Shown here: piece by piece, positions 39,300-49,605 of the stretch
Numbering within the stretch: the first letter of the stretch is position 1
Layout: each line of letters begins with the position of its first letter
Source of the DNA: an uncultured Desulfarculus sp.
GTDB taxonomy: Bacteria > Desulfobacterota > Desulfarculia > Desulfarculales > Desulfarculaceae
Assembly (NCBI GenBank): GCA_963665125.2
Contig: CAXXUK010000001.1
Coordinates: forward strand, 1,504,001-1,568,000
Reading direction: 5' to 3'
DNA length: 64,000 bases
Program-made: the position numbers and the translations under genes
Notes under the pieces: generated by a model
Database searches by the model: none
Told to the model about the DNA's origin: nothing
Seen by the model: the letters and a program-made list of their open reading frames with translations, nothing else

Positions 39300-40589
39300 A
39301 TGAATCTTTCCGCCCAACCGGCTATAAACAACCTGGAAGCACCTCCCGTGGGCTTCCGGGGGTGGCGCGTGGTCGCGGCCGCCTTTTTCGGCAATTTCAT
39401 GGCCACGGGCACGGCGTTTTACATTTTCAACGCCCTGATGCTGCCGCTGTGCGCCGAGCGCGGCTGGACCAGGGCCGAAGTCAACTACGCCCCCATGCTC
39501 GGCTTCAGCCTGGGCCTGCTTTTTCAGCTTGTCTACGGCTCGGTTATCGAGAAAGTCGGATCCAGAAAGCTCATGACCTTTGGTCCGGCGCTCTCGGCCG
39601 CCGCCTTTATCAGCCTGGGCTACACGCACAATCTCTTCATTTTTTATCTGATGTATATCCTGCTGGTAGGCGGCAACGGCACCATGAACGGCATTGTGGC
39701 CAATACTGCGGTTGCCAACTGGTTTGTCGAAAAACGAGGCAAGGCCCTGGGCCTGGCCACTGCCGGCGTGTCCTTCTCCGGCGTCGTGCTGCCCATGGCC
39801 GCCCTTTATCTTTTGGAGCACACGACTCTGGAAAACACGTTCATCGCGGTGGGGTTGGCCATCCTTTTGGTTTCGCCGCTCAGCTGGCTGCTGGTTCGCG
39901 ATACGCCGGAATCATGCGGTCAATTCCCCGACGGAGCCCAGCAACAACCGGATGATTATCTTGAGAATCTTACCGCCGTCGCCGGCGATATCCCCGGGCA
40001 GCCGTTAATAGTGCGCCTTTCCGCGGGCCAAATAGTCCGCCAGCCAGACTTCTGGATCACAGGGCTTGCGTTCGGCGTCACCCTGATGGGTGTGGTCGGC
40101 GTCATGTTCCAGTTGGCGCCGCGCTTTCTGGATCTGGGATTCGATAACCGCACGGGCATGATCATGGTCGGCGTGGCCACGTTCATGGGTGCGGTGGGCA
40201 AAGCCGCCTGGGGCTGGGTCTGCGACAGTTTCGACCCCCGTAAGGTAATTTCGCTGATGATGGTCTCCAACGCGGCGGGCCTGATTATCGGCCTCAACGT
40301 CAGCGGGTGGCTGGGCGGATTCGCCTTTGCCATGGTATTCGGCTTCGCCATGGGCGGGGCCATGTCCACGTTCCCCATCATGGTCGGTTATCTCTACGGC
40401 CGGCTGGCCTTTGCCAGCGCCTTCCGCTTCCTGGTGCTGTTTTTGGGCATGGAAGGCCTGGGGTCGCTGGTCATGGGCCAATCCTTTGAATGGACCGGAT
40501 CATACGATGCCGCCTACTACATTTTCATCGGCCTGGACCTGATAGGTGCGGCTATGATCATGGCGGTGAAAAAACGCTCCACCCACTAA
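39300..40589 (+). CDS. MFS transporter (MCT/OxlT-like)
   Basis: 12 TM helices; GWRVV, NWFVEKRGKALG, GWVCD.FD; start set at ATG 39300. Confidence 0.88.
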   Translation: MNLSAQPAINNLEAPPVGFRGWRVVAAAFFGNFMATGTAFYIFNALMLPLCAERGWTRAEVNYAPMLGFSLGLLFQLVYGSVIEKVGSRKLMTFGPALSAAAFISLGYTHNLFIFYLMYILLVGGNGTMNGIVANTAVANWFVEKRGKALGLATAGVSFSGVVLPMAALYLLEHTTLENTFIAVGLAILLVSPLSWLLVRDTPESCGQFPDGAQQQPDDYLENLTAVAGDIPGQPLIVRLSAGQIVRQPDFWITGLAFGVTLMGVVGVMFQLAPRFLDLGFDNRTGMIMVGVATFMGAVGKAAWGWVCDSFDPRKVISLMMVSNAAGLIIGLNVSGWLGGFAFAMVFGFAMGGAMSTFPIMVGYLYGRLAFASAFRFLVLFLGMEGLGSLVMGQSFEWTGSYDAAYYIFIGLDLIGAAMIMAVKKRSTH

Positions 40590-40705
40590 AACCGGCAAGC
40601 ATTTCCCTGATGCATTGACGGTAAAAACTGCCCCAAGCGGCCTACCGGTCGGCTTCGCATATCTTATCAATCCGATATTGCTTACTTATCCAACACAAGT
40701 CAAAC

Positions 40706-40721
40706 TGGCAACCTATTTGCA
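40706..40721 (+). promoter_or_regulatory. Sigma54 -24/-12 promoter
   Basis: TGGCAA-CCTAT-TTGCA with canonical spacing, ~48 bp before the ATG at 40769. Confidence 0.8.
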
Positions 40722-40768
40722 TCACTCCACGTTGGACAACAATATTTCTCCGATCCGTGGAGGGAAAA

Positions 40769-41980
40769 ATGATAGACGCGGTAACCAGCACAACCGCTGC
40801 CACCACCACCAATTCGTCGAGCAGCACCAGCAGCGCCTCGGGTTCATCGTTCGAGTCCGCTCTGGAGTCGGCCCTTTCCAGCACCGAGGAGCAGGAATCC
40901 ACCAGCACCCTGGAAAACGATTTCGTGTACGCCTCGGAGATCATCTCCCTGGGGGCGGACCGCTGGTGCATGCACAACATGTCCCTGAGCGTTGATTACG
41001 ACGGCACCGACAGTTCCGTGCCCGATGAGGTCAATGAGCTGCCCTATGCCATCAGCACCTGGAGCGGCGCCAGTTTCTCCATGGATGGCCTGAGCGCCAG
41101 CGGCGAGGAACAGGTCGGCGAGGATGTGCCCTACTTCCACAACCCGTCGTTCGTGGAAAAAGACGGGGTGATCTACGCCTACTTTGTGGACCACAACGAC
41201 GACAGCACGTATGACGTTGGCCTGGCCACCAGCACCGACGGCGTGAATTTCGAATATCAGGGCAAGGTGCTGACAAAGGGCGATTCCTTTGACAATGTCA
41301 TGGCCAGCTTTCCCAGCGTCAACTACGACGAGGAAAGCGGCGAATGGACCATGCTCTACGAATCGGAAAACGAGATCGGTTACAACAGCATCTGCATGGC
41401 CACCAGCTCCGACGGCGTAAACTGGGACAAACAGGGCGAGGTGATCTGGCCCGGCGACGCCGGTGACATCAGCGCCGTTGATGTGGGCACGCCGACGTTC
41501 TTCAAGGAAGGCGACAACTGGCACGTCTACTTCCACGCCCATTCCGATGACGGCCGCACCCGCATCGGCTATGCCAGCGGGACGGACCTCAAGGACCTGA
41601 CAGTCCAGGAGCAGCCCATCATCGACGTTGACGCCTCGGGCTCGGAAAACCAGACCGTGGGCAACCGCAGCAGCGTCTTTAAGTCGGGCGATTATTACTA
41701 CATGTTCTATGAAGTCAGTGAAAACAACTATTTCTCCACCGACACGGCCAAATGGGGCATCAACCTAGCCAGGGCCGAGAGCCCGGACGGGCCGTGGGAG
41801 AAGTATGAGGGCGGGCCCATTGTCAGCAACCCGGAATATGGCTACGGCTATGACGGCCCGGAAGTGCTGGCCGACGGTGAAGACCTGTACCTGTACTACC
41901 GCACCGACGGCAACACCACCACCCGCACCCTGATCACCGGCCTTGACGGCTGGGGCGACTCGGAAGAAGAAGCCGCCTAG
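40769..41980 (+). CDS. Acidic five-bladed beta-propeller glycoside-hydrolase-like protein with Ser/Thr-rich leader
   Basis: Repeated blades (xPSFV..DG..Y, ATSTDGVNF, ATSSDGVNW, ARAESPDGPW); GGAGG RBS; no hydrophobic signal peptide. Confidence 0.75.
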   Translation: MIDAVTSTTAATTTNSSSSTSSASGSSFESALESALSSTEEQESTSTLENDFVYASEIISLGADRWCMHNMSLSVDYDGTDSSVPDEVNELPYAISTWSGASFSMDGLSASGEEQVGEDVPYFHNPSFVEKDGVIYAYFVDHNDDSTYDVGLATSTDGVNFEYQGKVLTKGDSFDNVMASFPSVNYDEESGEWTMLYESENEIGYNSICMATSSDGVNWDKQGEVIWPGDAGDISAVDVGTPTFFKEGDNWHVYFHAHSDDGRTRIGYASGTDLKDLTVQEQPIIDVDASGSENQTVGNRSSVFKSGDYYYMFYEVSENNYFSTDTAKWGINLARAESPDGPWEKYEGGPIVSNPEYGYGYDGPEVLADGEDLYLYYRTDGNTTTRTLITGLDGWGDSEEEAA

Positions 41981-42002
41981 GACCGCCGCATCCGCACAAT
42001 CA

Positions 42003-42035
42003 GACGCGCTCCGGGACTCCGGCGCGCGTTTTTTA
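42003..42035 (+). terminator. Rho-independent terminator
   Basis: ACGCGC.CCGG...CCGG.GCGCGT followed by TTTTT. Confidence 0.6.
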
Positions 42036-42098
42036 TGCTGTCACCCTGGAAAATCTTGGGTTAAGCTGGGACAAACTCTTTCCTCCGGGGGCCATTCG

Positions 42099-42641
42099 AT
42101 GAAAAAGCTAATAATTAGCCTTGTGTTGTGTTCGGCGATGATCTTGTCCGGCTGCGGTCCTACCTTTGTGCCCAAGGCGACCCGCGATCAGATCAATCCC
42201 AACCTTTCCCTCACCCAGGTTGTCAAGGACCCGGATGCCTATGATGGCCAGATCGTGTTGTGGGGCGGTATCATCGTCAAGACCATCAACAAGAAAAAAG
42301 GCAGCCTGATCGAGATAGTCCAACTGCCTCTGGACGACAGCGGCAGGCCCAAGGACGTGGACCAAACCCAGGGCCGGTTCATCGTAGCCATCCAGGAATT
42401 CATGGACCCGGCCATCTATGCCCAGGGCCGGGACATCAGCGTCGCCGGCGAGGTGACCGGCGTGGAGGACCTGCCCATCGGCGAGTTGAAATACACCTAT
42501 GCCCTGCTGCGGGCCAAGACCATCAAGCTTTGGCCCAAGCGCCCGGTTAACGTCAAGATCGACAACATGACCTATCCGCCGTACTACCCGGGCATGCCGC
42601 CGAACATGTATTGGTACACCTCTCCCTATCTGTGGTGGTAA
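42099..42641 (+). CDS. Slp-family outer membrane lipoprotein
   Basis: Lipobox LSGC, WGG.I, LPLD..GRP, GRF, DPAIY..GR. Confidence 0.9.
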   Translation: MKKLIISLVLCSAMILSGCGPTFVPKATRDQINPNLSLTQVVKDPDAYDGQIVLWGGIIVKTINKKKGSLIEIVQLPLDDSGRPKDVDQTQGRFIVAIQEFMDPAIYAQGRDISVAGEVTGVEDLPIGELKYTYALLRAKTIKLWPKRPVNVKIDNMTYPPYYPGMPPNMYWYTSPYLWW

Positions 42642-42650
42642 GCCGTAAAG

Positions 42651-44198
42651 GTGAAACCCGCCCTATCCGATAATGAACCAGTCATGGGATTTGGCCCCCT
42701 GCTGGGTCTGGCCCTGTTGGGCGGACTGGCGGGAGGGCTAAGTCTTTTATGCGATTTCCTCTGGCCGCTGGCCCTTGTCTGCCTGGCGCCCCTGGTGTTG
42801 GCCGCCTATTGCCTGCGGCCTCGCCTGGCCGCTTTGGCTGGTCTGGCATGGGGAGTGGCCCATGCCCTCGTTCTTCTCCATTGGGTGACGCCCTTGTTGT
42901 CTACCCATGCCGGTTTGTGGCTAGTGGCTGCTGCTGGCTTGAATCTGCTGGCGGCGCTGTTCCAGGCCCTCTATCCCGCAGTATTTTGCTTTGCCCTGGC
43001 CCTGGCCAGACCCGGCGGAATCGTTGGGCTGTTGTCTATCGCCCTTTGTTGGACCGGGCTTGAGTGGCTCCGCGGTGAAATCATCCTGAAAGTCTCCTGG
43101 CAGCCCCTGGGTCAGGCCCTCGCCGGATGCGATGTATTATGCCAAACCGCTGAGTGGTGGGGCGTCAGAGGCCTTTCGATCATTGTCGCATTGATGAACA
43201 CCCTAATAGCCCGGGCCCTTTTGCCGCGAAAAACAGCGGCAGGCAAAAGGCTTCTGGCCTTGGGCGCGGTATTGGCTCTTCTGGCCGCGATGGCCCTATG
43301 GGGCCAGATGCGCCTCGGCGCTGTCCGCAGCCAGATGGCCCAGGCCCCCGGAATCCGGGTCATGACCGCCCAGGCGGAAAGGACGATCACCCAACTGGAG
43401 GGCTCTCCCCGCCAGAGCCCGGAAATGTTGGCCGAGCTGAGCCGCCGGGGCTGTCCGGGCGGCGGAGCGCAACCCCAGCTCATTGTCTGGCCCGAATCGG
43501 CCGCGCCTTACTACCTGTTCACAATGCCCGGCGACGGCCTGGTCATGAAATATCTCGCCCTGGAAAAGAAGAGCCACCTCATCCTCGGCTCCAAAGGAGT
43601 CGTGCGCCGGGGCAAAGGCCTGGCCCGCACCAACCGGGCATGGCTCATCGGTCCGGAAGGTACGGCTTTGGGTTTTTATGACAAGGCGGCCCTGGCCCCC
43701 TTTGGCGAATACTCGCCGCTAGGGCCTTTGTGGCTCCTGGAACTTTTGGCCGTGGATAAGTACGAATTCGCCAGGGGCGAACCGGGGAGGATACTGGATG
43801 CGGGACAATATAAAATCGGGCCGTTGATCTGTTTCGAGGCCCTCGTGCCCAGTCTGGCCCGTATGCAGACTAATGACGGCGCCCAGGTACTGGTCAACAT
43901 ATCCAACGAGGCATGGTTTATCGACGGTGTTTCCCGGCAGATCCTGGCCCACATGCGCATGCGCTGCCTGGAAACCAGGAGGGCATGCGCTCGGGCGTCC
44001 GACATGGGCCTGAGCGCCCTGATCATGCCCGACGGTGGCATTGAGAGCACCAGGGGGGCTGTTTTGTGCGGCTCGGTGCCGTTGATGGGCCAACGAACCC
44101 TGTACACGCGGTTGGGCTGGATATGGAGCCCGGGGTCCCTGATCCTAGCCGCAGCGCTATTGGTCTGGGCGAGGATACGCCGCCGGGCCGACAGATAA
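42651..44198 (+). CDS. lnt: Apolipoprotein N-acyltransferase
   Basis: Multiple TM helices, EWLRG, WPES, YDK..L.PFGEY, ICFE (E-K-C triad), NEAW. Confidence 0.85.
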   Translation: MKPALSDNEPVMGFGPLLGLALLGGLAGGLSLLCDFLWPLALVCLAPLVLAAYCLRPRLAALAGLAWGVAHALVLLHWVTPLLSTHAGLWLVAAAGLNLLAALFQALYPAVFCFALALARPGGIVGLLSIALCWTGLEWLRGEIILKVSWQPLGQALAGCDVLCQTAEWWGVRGLSIIVALMNTLIARALLPRKTAAGKRLLALGAVLALLAAMALWGQMRLGAVRSQMAQAPGIRVMTAQAERTITQLEGSPRQSPEMLAELSRRGCPGGGAQPQLIVWPESAAPYYLFTMPGDGLVMKYLALEKKSHLILGSKGVVRRGKGLARTNRAWLIGPEGTALGFYDKAALAPFGEYSPLGPLWLLELLAVDKYEFARGEPGRILDAGQYKIGPLICFEALVPSLARMQTNDGAQVLVNISNEAWFIDGVSRQILAHMRMRCLETRRACARASDMGLSALIMPDGGIESTRGAVLCGSVPLMGQRTLYTRLGWIWSPGSLILAAALLVWARIRRRADR

Positions 44199-44215
44199 CC
44201 CGGCGGCGCGCCATA

Positions 44216-45805
44216 TCAAATCTTGGTTTCGCTGTCTTTCCAGTATTTTTCCCGCAGCTTGGTCTTCAGGGCCTTGCCGATCATCGAACGAGGCACGGCC
44301 TCAATGAATTCCACGCTCTTGGGCACCTTGAAGCCGGCCAGCTTGTCCCGGCAATAGGCCATGATCTCATCTTCGCTGGCCTGGGCTCCCTGGGCCGGGA
44401 CCACCAGGGCCTTGACCGACTCGCCCCATTTTTCGTCGGGCACCCCGATGACCGCCACGTCGGCCACCGCGTCATGGTGCATGAGCACGTTTTCGATCTC
44501 CACGGGGTAGACATTGATGCCGCCGGTGATGATCATGTCGTTCTTGCGGTCGACGATATAGAAGTTGCCGTCCTCGCCCAGTTTGGCGATATCGCCCACC
44601 GTGCCCCATTCGTGGTCCAGGTATGATTCGGCAGTGGCTTCGGGCTTGTTCAGGTAGCCTTCCCACATGCTGAATCCCCTGCCGTAGAGTACTCCGGGTT
44701 GGCCGACCGGGGCCTTTTTGCCGTCTTCATCGAACACGGCCAACTCGAGGTCGAACAGGGGCTTGCCCACGCAGCCCTCCTGGCCCGATCCGTCGTTGTA
44801 GCTGAATTTGGAGATGAATCCAAACTCCGACGCGCCCAGCCAGTTGGACACCTCGGCATCTGGAAAACGGTCGATCATCTTCTGGGCCGTGGCGTTATGC
44901 AGGGGAGCACCGCAGGCGATGACCCGCCGGACGCTGGACACGTCATGGGCGTCGAGGATCTCGGCGGGCATGCTCAGCATCCACTCGTACATGATCGGCA
45001 CCATGAAGATCCAGGTGGGCTTGTATTTCGCGATCTGGGCAAAGACCTTGTCCGGCTCGAAGGCCGGGATGATGGCCATGGTGCCGCCGCTCATCATGGT
45101 GGCGAAGGCATAGCCCATGCTGGCCGCGGCGTACATGGGCGCAACCGCCAGATAGACGTCGTCGCCGGTCAGGCCCAGTTCGTGGCAAACGGCGTTGGCC
45201 ATGTGATAGTCGCTTTTACAGGTCCTGGCGGCAGCCTTGGGCTTGCCCGTGGTGCCCGAGGTATACATCAGCAAATGCACGTCATCCGGGGCCAGGAGCA
45301 TCTCCGGATCTTCGGCGCCGGCCGAGGCGAGGAGCTTGCCGTAGTCGACAACACCTTCCGGGGCGCCGTCTTCGACCATGATGATGTGCTCCAGGGCGGG
45401 GATCTGGCTGCGGATTTCCTGGATTATCGCCAACTGGTCGGGTCCCTTGAGGATGATGGCCCTGGCTCCGGAGTCGTTGATCTGGTAGGCCACTTCCGGC
45501 CCGGTCAGGCGGAAGTTGGCGCCGGTGGCCACCAAGCCGGCCTTGTTGATGCCCAGGATCGCCTCGGGGTACTGCATGCAGTTGGGCAAAAATATAATGG
45601 CCCTGTCGTCCTTGTTCAGGCCCAGGCTTTTCAATCCATTGCCCAATCGGTTGCTGCGCTCCCAGAGCTGGCTCCAGGTCATGCTTTGATCGCCGAACAT
45701 AACCGCCGTCTTATCCGGGTTTTTTATCACGTTTGTGCGAACGGTGCTCATGGCGTCATCGGCATAGGTTTTTTTGCCCTGGATTCTGCCAAAATCAAAA
45801 TTCAT
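44216..45805 (-). CDS. AMP-forming acyl-CoA synthetase
   Basis: YTSGTTGKPK, GD, DRKNDMIITGG.NVYP.EIE, K.PK. Confidence 0.92.
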   Translation of the reverse strand: MNFDFGRIQGKKTYADDAMSTVRTNVIKNPDKTAVMFGDQSMTWSQLWERSNRLGNGLKSLGLNKDDRAIIFLPNCMQYPEAILGINKAGLVATGANFRLTGPEVAYQINDSGARAIILKGPDQLAIIQEIRSQIPALEHIIMVEDGAPEGVVDYGKLLASAGAEDPEMLLAPDDVHLLMYTSGTTGKPKAAARTCKSDYHMANAVCHELGLTGDDVYLAVAPMYAAASMGYAFATMMSGGTMAIIPAFEPDKVFAQIAKYKPTWIFMVPIMYEWMLSMPAEILDAHDVSSVRRVIACGAPLHNATAQKMIDRFPDAEVSNWLGASEFGFISKFSYNDGSGQEGCVGKPLFDLELAVFDEDGKKAPVGQPGVLYGRGFSMWEGYLNKPEATAESYLDHEWGTVGDIAKLGEDGNFYIVDRKNDMIITGGINVYPVEIENVLMHHDAVADVAVIGVPDEKWGESVKALVVPAQGAQASEDEIMAYCRDKLAGFKVPKSVEFIEAVPRSMIGKALKTKLREKYWKDSETKI

Positions 45806-45939
45806 GGATTCGTCTCCCTCATTTCTGGTTCCCTTGGCTGTTTCACAGACCGTAGTCGGTGAACATCGTTACACAGGAAACCAGCCAAAGGCAAGTCCTT
45901 ATGTGCGAGCATGTTTTATTTTTATTTTTACCTATTAAT

Positions 45940-46551
45940 TCAACAAGATGTGCTGTCGGATATTCCATTTAGGAAAATGGAAACACTGCGGTCCATGTAT
46001 TCCATAACATTGTAGTTGCCGTCGGAAAGGCCCCAATCGTAGATGATCCCCCGGGCCAGGGCCATAATCATCCTCGCCGTATCGGAAGCCGATAGGCTTT
46101 TAGCAACCCGCCCCATACGCTGGGCCTCCTGCAGGGAAGAGTGGACCGTCGAATAGAACGGACGATCTGGAGAAAGCAAAAAGCCGGTTCCGGTTTCAAC
46201 CTGGCTGCGGTAGATCTGGCGGCAAAAGGCCGGTTCATAGGAGTCTGCTGTCTTGGCCATGAACCAGGTGGCGAACTTAATGCGTCCGCGCCAGTCCAAA
46301 CCCTTTTCCATTTGCCCCATGGCCTCGATCAGGTCCGAGTCGATCTGGCGGTAGATTTCGATGATGATTTCATCTTTGGACGTAAAGTGATGGTAAAAGC
46401 CGCCCTTGGCCACACCGGCCTCTTTGCATATCTGGTCCACCGTCACATGCTCGAAACCATGGTCGCTGATCAGCTTGGCCGCGATATCATAGATTTTCTT
46501 CTTGGTATTTAGGGCCTGCTGCTGGCGTTTGGTAAGGGGTTTGGGCGGCAT
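45940..46551 (-). CDS. TetR/AcrR family regulator
   Basis: VTVDQICKEAGVAKGGFYHHFTSKDE. Confidence 0.92.
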   Translation of the reverse strand: MPPKPLTKRQQQALNTKKKIYDIAAKLISDHGFEHVTVDQICKEAGVAKGGFYHHFTSKDEIIIEIYRQIDSDLIEAMGQMEKGLDWRGRIKFATWFMAKTADSYEPAFCRQIYRSQVETGTGFLLSPDRPFYSTVHSSLQEAQRMGRVAKSLSASDTARMIMALARGIIYDWGLSDGNYNVMEYMDRSVSIFLNGISDSTSC

Positions 46552-46710
46552 CTCTTCCTCTTATGCTGGTTCCAGCCATGCCTATCACATCGCCAGGCCA
46601 TCTTCAAGCCCGCACTCGAAGCCTGCCCGCATTGACGGCAAGTCGGCATTGGGTCTATCATGCCAGAATCTGTTCTGCTTTTACCGGCCTTTATCCGGAG
46701 CCTATCAAGC

Positions 46711-47661
46711 ATGCACTCTTATGAAAAAGCCATAAGCAGCATCCTGGTCCTGGTCGCCCTGATCGGGCTGGTGGTCCTGCTGCGCAAAAAAGGCGTAATC
46801 GCCGAAGACAGCGGCCCGCAGTTCGCCAAGCTGGTGACCCAGTTCACCCTGCCCGCCCTGATCTTCTTTTCCCTGGCCCGAACCACCCTTGTCTGGGACC
46901 AGGCCTATCTGGCCCTGGTCATGCTGGCCGCTGAAATTCTCTGTCTGGGGTTGGCCTGGTTCATCGGCCGGGGCCTCAAGCTGGCTCCTCCCCAGATGGG
47001 CGCCTTTATCCTGGTCTGCGGATTCGGCAGCAGCTCCCTGCTGGGCTATGCCTTCATCAGCGAGCTTTTCCCCGGCGATACCGCCGCCATTGTCGAGGCC
47101 GTGATCATTTCGGAATTGGGCGTGGGCCCGGCCCTGTTCACCATCGGCGTGATGATCGCCATCTACTACGGCGCCCAGTCTGTGAGTTCGGCCCAAAGGT
47201 TCAAGGCGGCCATGGCCTTTTTCAAGTCGCCGATTTTCTTTTCAGTGGTTGCCGGGCTGGCCTGGTCGGCGTTGAAACTGCCCTGCGACCTTCCGGTGCT
47301 TTCCACGATCTTCGACGGCCTCAAGGTCATCGGCGCGGCCAACACCCTGATGGTGGCCCTGACCGTCGGCGTGATGCTGCAATTCCAGGAATTAAAGGAA
47401 GTGGCCCTGATGGCGGCCATTGTCATCGTTATCAAGCTGGTGCTCAAACCGATCATGGTCTGGCTGCCCACCCTGGCCATGTCTTTTACCGCCACCCAGG
47501 TCCATATCCTGGTGCTGGAAGGGGCCATGCCCTCGGCCATGCTCACGGTGGTGCTTGCGGCCACCTACGGCTGCGACGCCAAGCTGGCCTCTAAGCTGGT
47601 TTTTGCCACAACCATTGTCAGCTGCATCAGCATTATGGTGGTGTATGGCCTATTGAGCTAA
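46711..47661 (+). CDS. AEC (auxin efflux carrier) family transporter
   Basis: LPALIF, SP, KLVLKP, MPSA, AS..V..TT; ~10 TM helices. Confidence 0.85.
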   Translation: MHSYEKAISSILVLVALIGLVVLLRKKGVIAEDSGPQFAKLVTQFTLPALIFFSLARTTLVWDQAYLALVMLAAEILCLGLAWFIGRGLKLAPPQMGAFILVCGFGSSSLLGYAFISELFPGDTAAIVEAVIISELGVGPALFTIGVMIAIYYGAQSVSSAQRFKAAMAFFKSPIFFSVVAGLAWSALKLPCDLPVLSTIFDGLKVIGAANTLMVALTVGVMLQFQELKEVALMAAIVIVIKLVLKPIMVWLPTLAMSFTATQVHILVLEGAMPSAMLTVVLAATYGCDAKLASKLVFATTIVSCISIMVVYGLLS

Positions 47662-48278
47662 CGGTAGCGTAAAACAACCCTGGCCGGTGCGCCGTCGCCG
47701 CCGCTTATGGCCAGGGGCAGACAGATCACCTCGCAGTCTCCGGCCGGGGCCCGGCTCAGACGCAGGCCTTCGATGATTACGATCCCGGCCCCAAGCAAGA
47801 TATGGTGCACCGGCGACCGCCCCCCCTCGTGGTTTTCCACAGAGAGCTGGTCGATGCCCACCAGCTTTACGCCCCATTGCACCAACATTTCGGCGGCATC
47901 GGGCAAAAGCGCGCAATACTGCCGCGTTTCGCCTCTTTCCAGATAAGGCCCGCCGCTGGTCTTGAACAGCACCCGTTGGGAGCCTTTGACGCCCGCCGCG
48001 ATCAATGCATCGACGTCGATGACCGCCTTGCCCGTCACATCCACGACCACGGCCTTGCCCATGAGCACCCCCAGGGGCAGTTGATCCACCGTGGCCCCGT
48101 TGGGCAGATAGTGCCGGGGGGCGTCGATATGGGTGCCCGTGTGGCTGCCCATGCTTATGCGGCTCAGATTGTACGGCTCGCCCCTGTCCATGGCATTGTG
48201 CGGCGACATCTCAAATGGCGGATCGCCTTCGAACACGGCCATGGCCGGGTGCAGGGGCACAGTGGCGTCGATGATCAT
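47658..48278 (-). CDS. Cyclase / kynurenine formamidase (KynB-like) metal hydrolase
   Basis: HTGTHIDAPRH, GID, IIEGL, DGAPARV. Confidence 0.9.
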   Translation of the reverse strand: MIIDATVPLHPAMAVFEGDPPFEMSPHNAMDRGEPYNLSRISMGSHTGTHIDAPRHYLPNGATVDQLPLGVLMGKAVVVDVTGKAVIDVDALIAAGVKGSQRVLFKTSGGPYLERGETRQYCALLPDAAEMLVQWGVKLVGIDQLSVENHEGGRSPVHHILLGAGIVIIEGLRLSRAPAGDCEVICLPLAISGGDGAPARVVLRYR

Positions 48279-48358
48279 CTTGAACGCTCCATATTGATGC
48301 GGGGCGGTGCTATAATCCCTTGGGTAACGTCAATAATATTACTGGAGTGGCGCGGGCA

Positions 48359-49345
48359 ATGAAAGCGGCGTGGATAAGCGGCGGCAAGTTGGACATCAGG
48401 GACATCCCCAAAACGGAACCAGGACCGGGTCAGGCCCTGCTCAAACCGCTGATTGCCGGAATATGCAACACCGACCTTGAGCTGCTGTCCGGATACTACG
48501 GCTTCGAGGGCGTTGCGGGCCATGAATTCGTGGCCGAGGTGATGCAAGCGCCCGATGACCCAAGCTGGGTCGGCAAGCGGGTCACCGCCGACATCAACAT
48601 AGGCTGCGGCAAGTGCGAGTTTTGCCTGCGGGGCAACCAGCGGCACTGTATTCAACGCCACGTCATAGGCATAAAATATTCCCAGGGCGCATTTGCCGAA
48701 TACCTCTGCGCGCCCGTGGCCAATCTGTACGAAATACCGGCATGGCTGAGCAACGAACAGGCCGTATTCTGCGAACCCCTGGCAGCAGCCCTGGAGATAT
48801 CCCAGCAGATCCACCTTACTGCCGCGCACAAGATGGCCGTGGTCGGCGACGGCAAACTTGGTCTGCTTGTGGCCCTGGGGTTGGCCGTGTACAACCCCGT
48901 CCTGTTGCTGTTGGGCAAGCACCCCGAAAAGCTGGCCCTGGCGGCGAATCAGGGCATTGGAACCAGGCTGGTGCGGGCCGATGAAGACTGGACCCGGCTC
49001 GCGGACGAACTGGGCCGCTTCGACATCGTGGTGGAGGCAACCGGCAGTCCCGACGGCATCAACAAGTCCCTGGAGCTTGTAAAATCAGAGGGCATTCTGG
49101 TGGCTAAAACAACCTCGCATCTGCCGTCGCAGATCAACTTGGCCCGAATCGTTGTCGATGAAATTCAGATTATTGGTTCACGCTGCGGCGATATGGCCCT
49201 TGCACTAGACCACCTGGCCCGGAACGCCCTTGATGTGCTGCCCCTGATCGACAGCGTATTTGGCTTCGGGGAAATGACGGAGGCCTTCGCACACGCGGCG
49301 ACACCCGGCGCGGGCAAGGTCCTGGTGCGTTTTGATCAGTCCTGA
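48359..49345 (+). CDS. Zn-dependent medium-chain alcohol dehydrogenase
   Basis: GICNTD, GHE, CGKCEFC..G...HC, GDGKLG, GSRCG. Confidence 0.9.
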   Translation: MKAAWISGGKLDIRDIPKTEPGPGQALLKPLIAGICNTDLELLSGYYGFEGVAGHEFVAEVMQAPDDPSWVGKRVTADINIGCGKCEFCLRGNQRHCIQRHVIGIKYSQGAFAEYLCAPVANLYEIPAWLSNEQAVFCEPLAAALEISQQIHLTAAHKMAVVGDGKLGLLVALGLAVYNPVLLLLGKHPEKLALAANQGIGTRLVRADEDWTRLADELGRFDIVVEATGSPDGINKSLELVKSEGILVAKTTSHLPSQINLARIVVDEIQIIGSRCGDMALALDHLARNALDVLPLIDSVFGFGEMTEAFAHAATPGAGKVLVRFDQS

Positions 49346-49605
49346 TCCAAGCCCAATTCCCGGCGCACGGCCCGGCGAACCAGCTCGGAGACGCTGAGCC
49401 CGCTGGTGTAGGAGCGCTCCAGCAGCCCGGCCCATTCGGCTTCGGTTACGTAGATGGTCCGGCGCAGAAAGCCGCCCGGCGTGGTGCTTTTTTCGGTCTT
49501 GCGTATGGCCGGTGCGTTGGGCGGCGGCAAAGCCCCGGATGCGGCCGGAGCGGCCTGGTCCAGATCCTTTTTAAGCTGGCTCAGTCTGGCCTTTTTGCCC
49601 ATCAT
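49336..49605 (-). CDS. Ribbon-helix-helix (CopG/ParG-like) protein
   Basis: Flexible N-terminus, then RRTIYV + SVSELVRRAVRREL; overlaps the parA stop. Confidence 0.8.
   Translation of the reverse strand: MMGKKARLSQLKKDLDQAAPAASGALPPPNAPAIRKTEKSTTPGGFLRRTIYVTEAEWAGLLERSYTSGLSVSELVRRAVRRELGLDQD

Noticed and set aside
40650..40760. Sigma28 promoter (CCGAT elements) upstream of the propeller gene
   Set aside because: No TAAA -35 at the right spacing; the sigma54 site fits much better.
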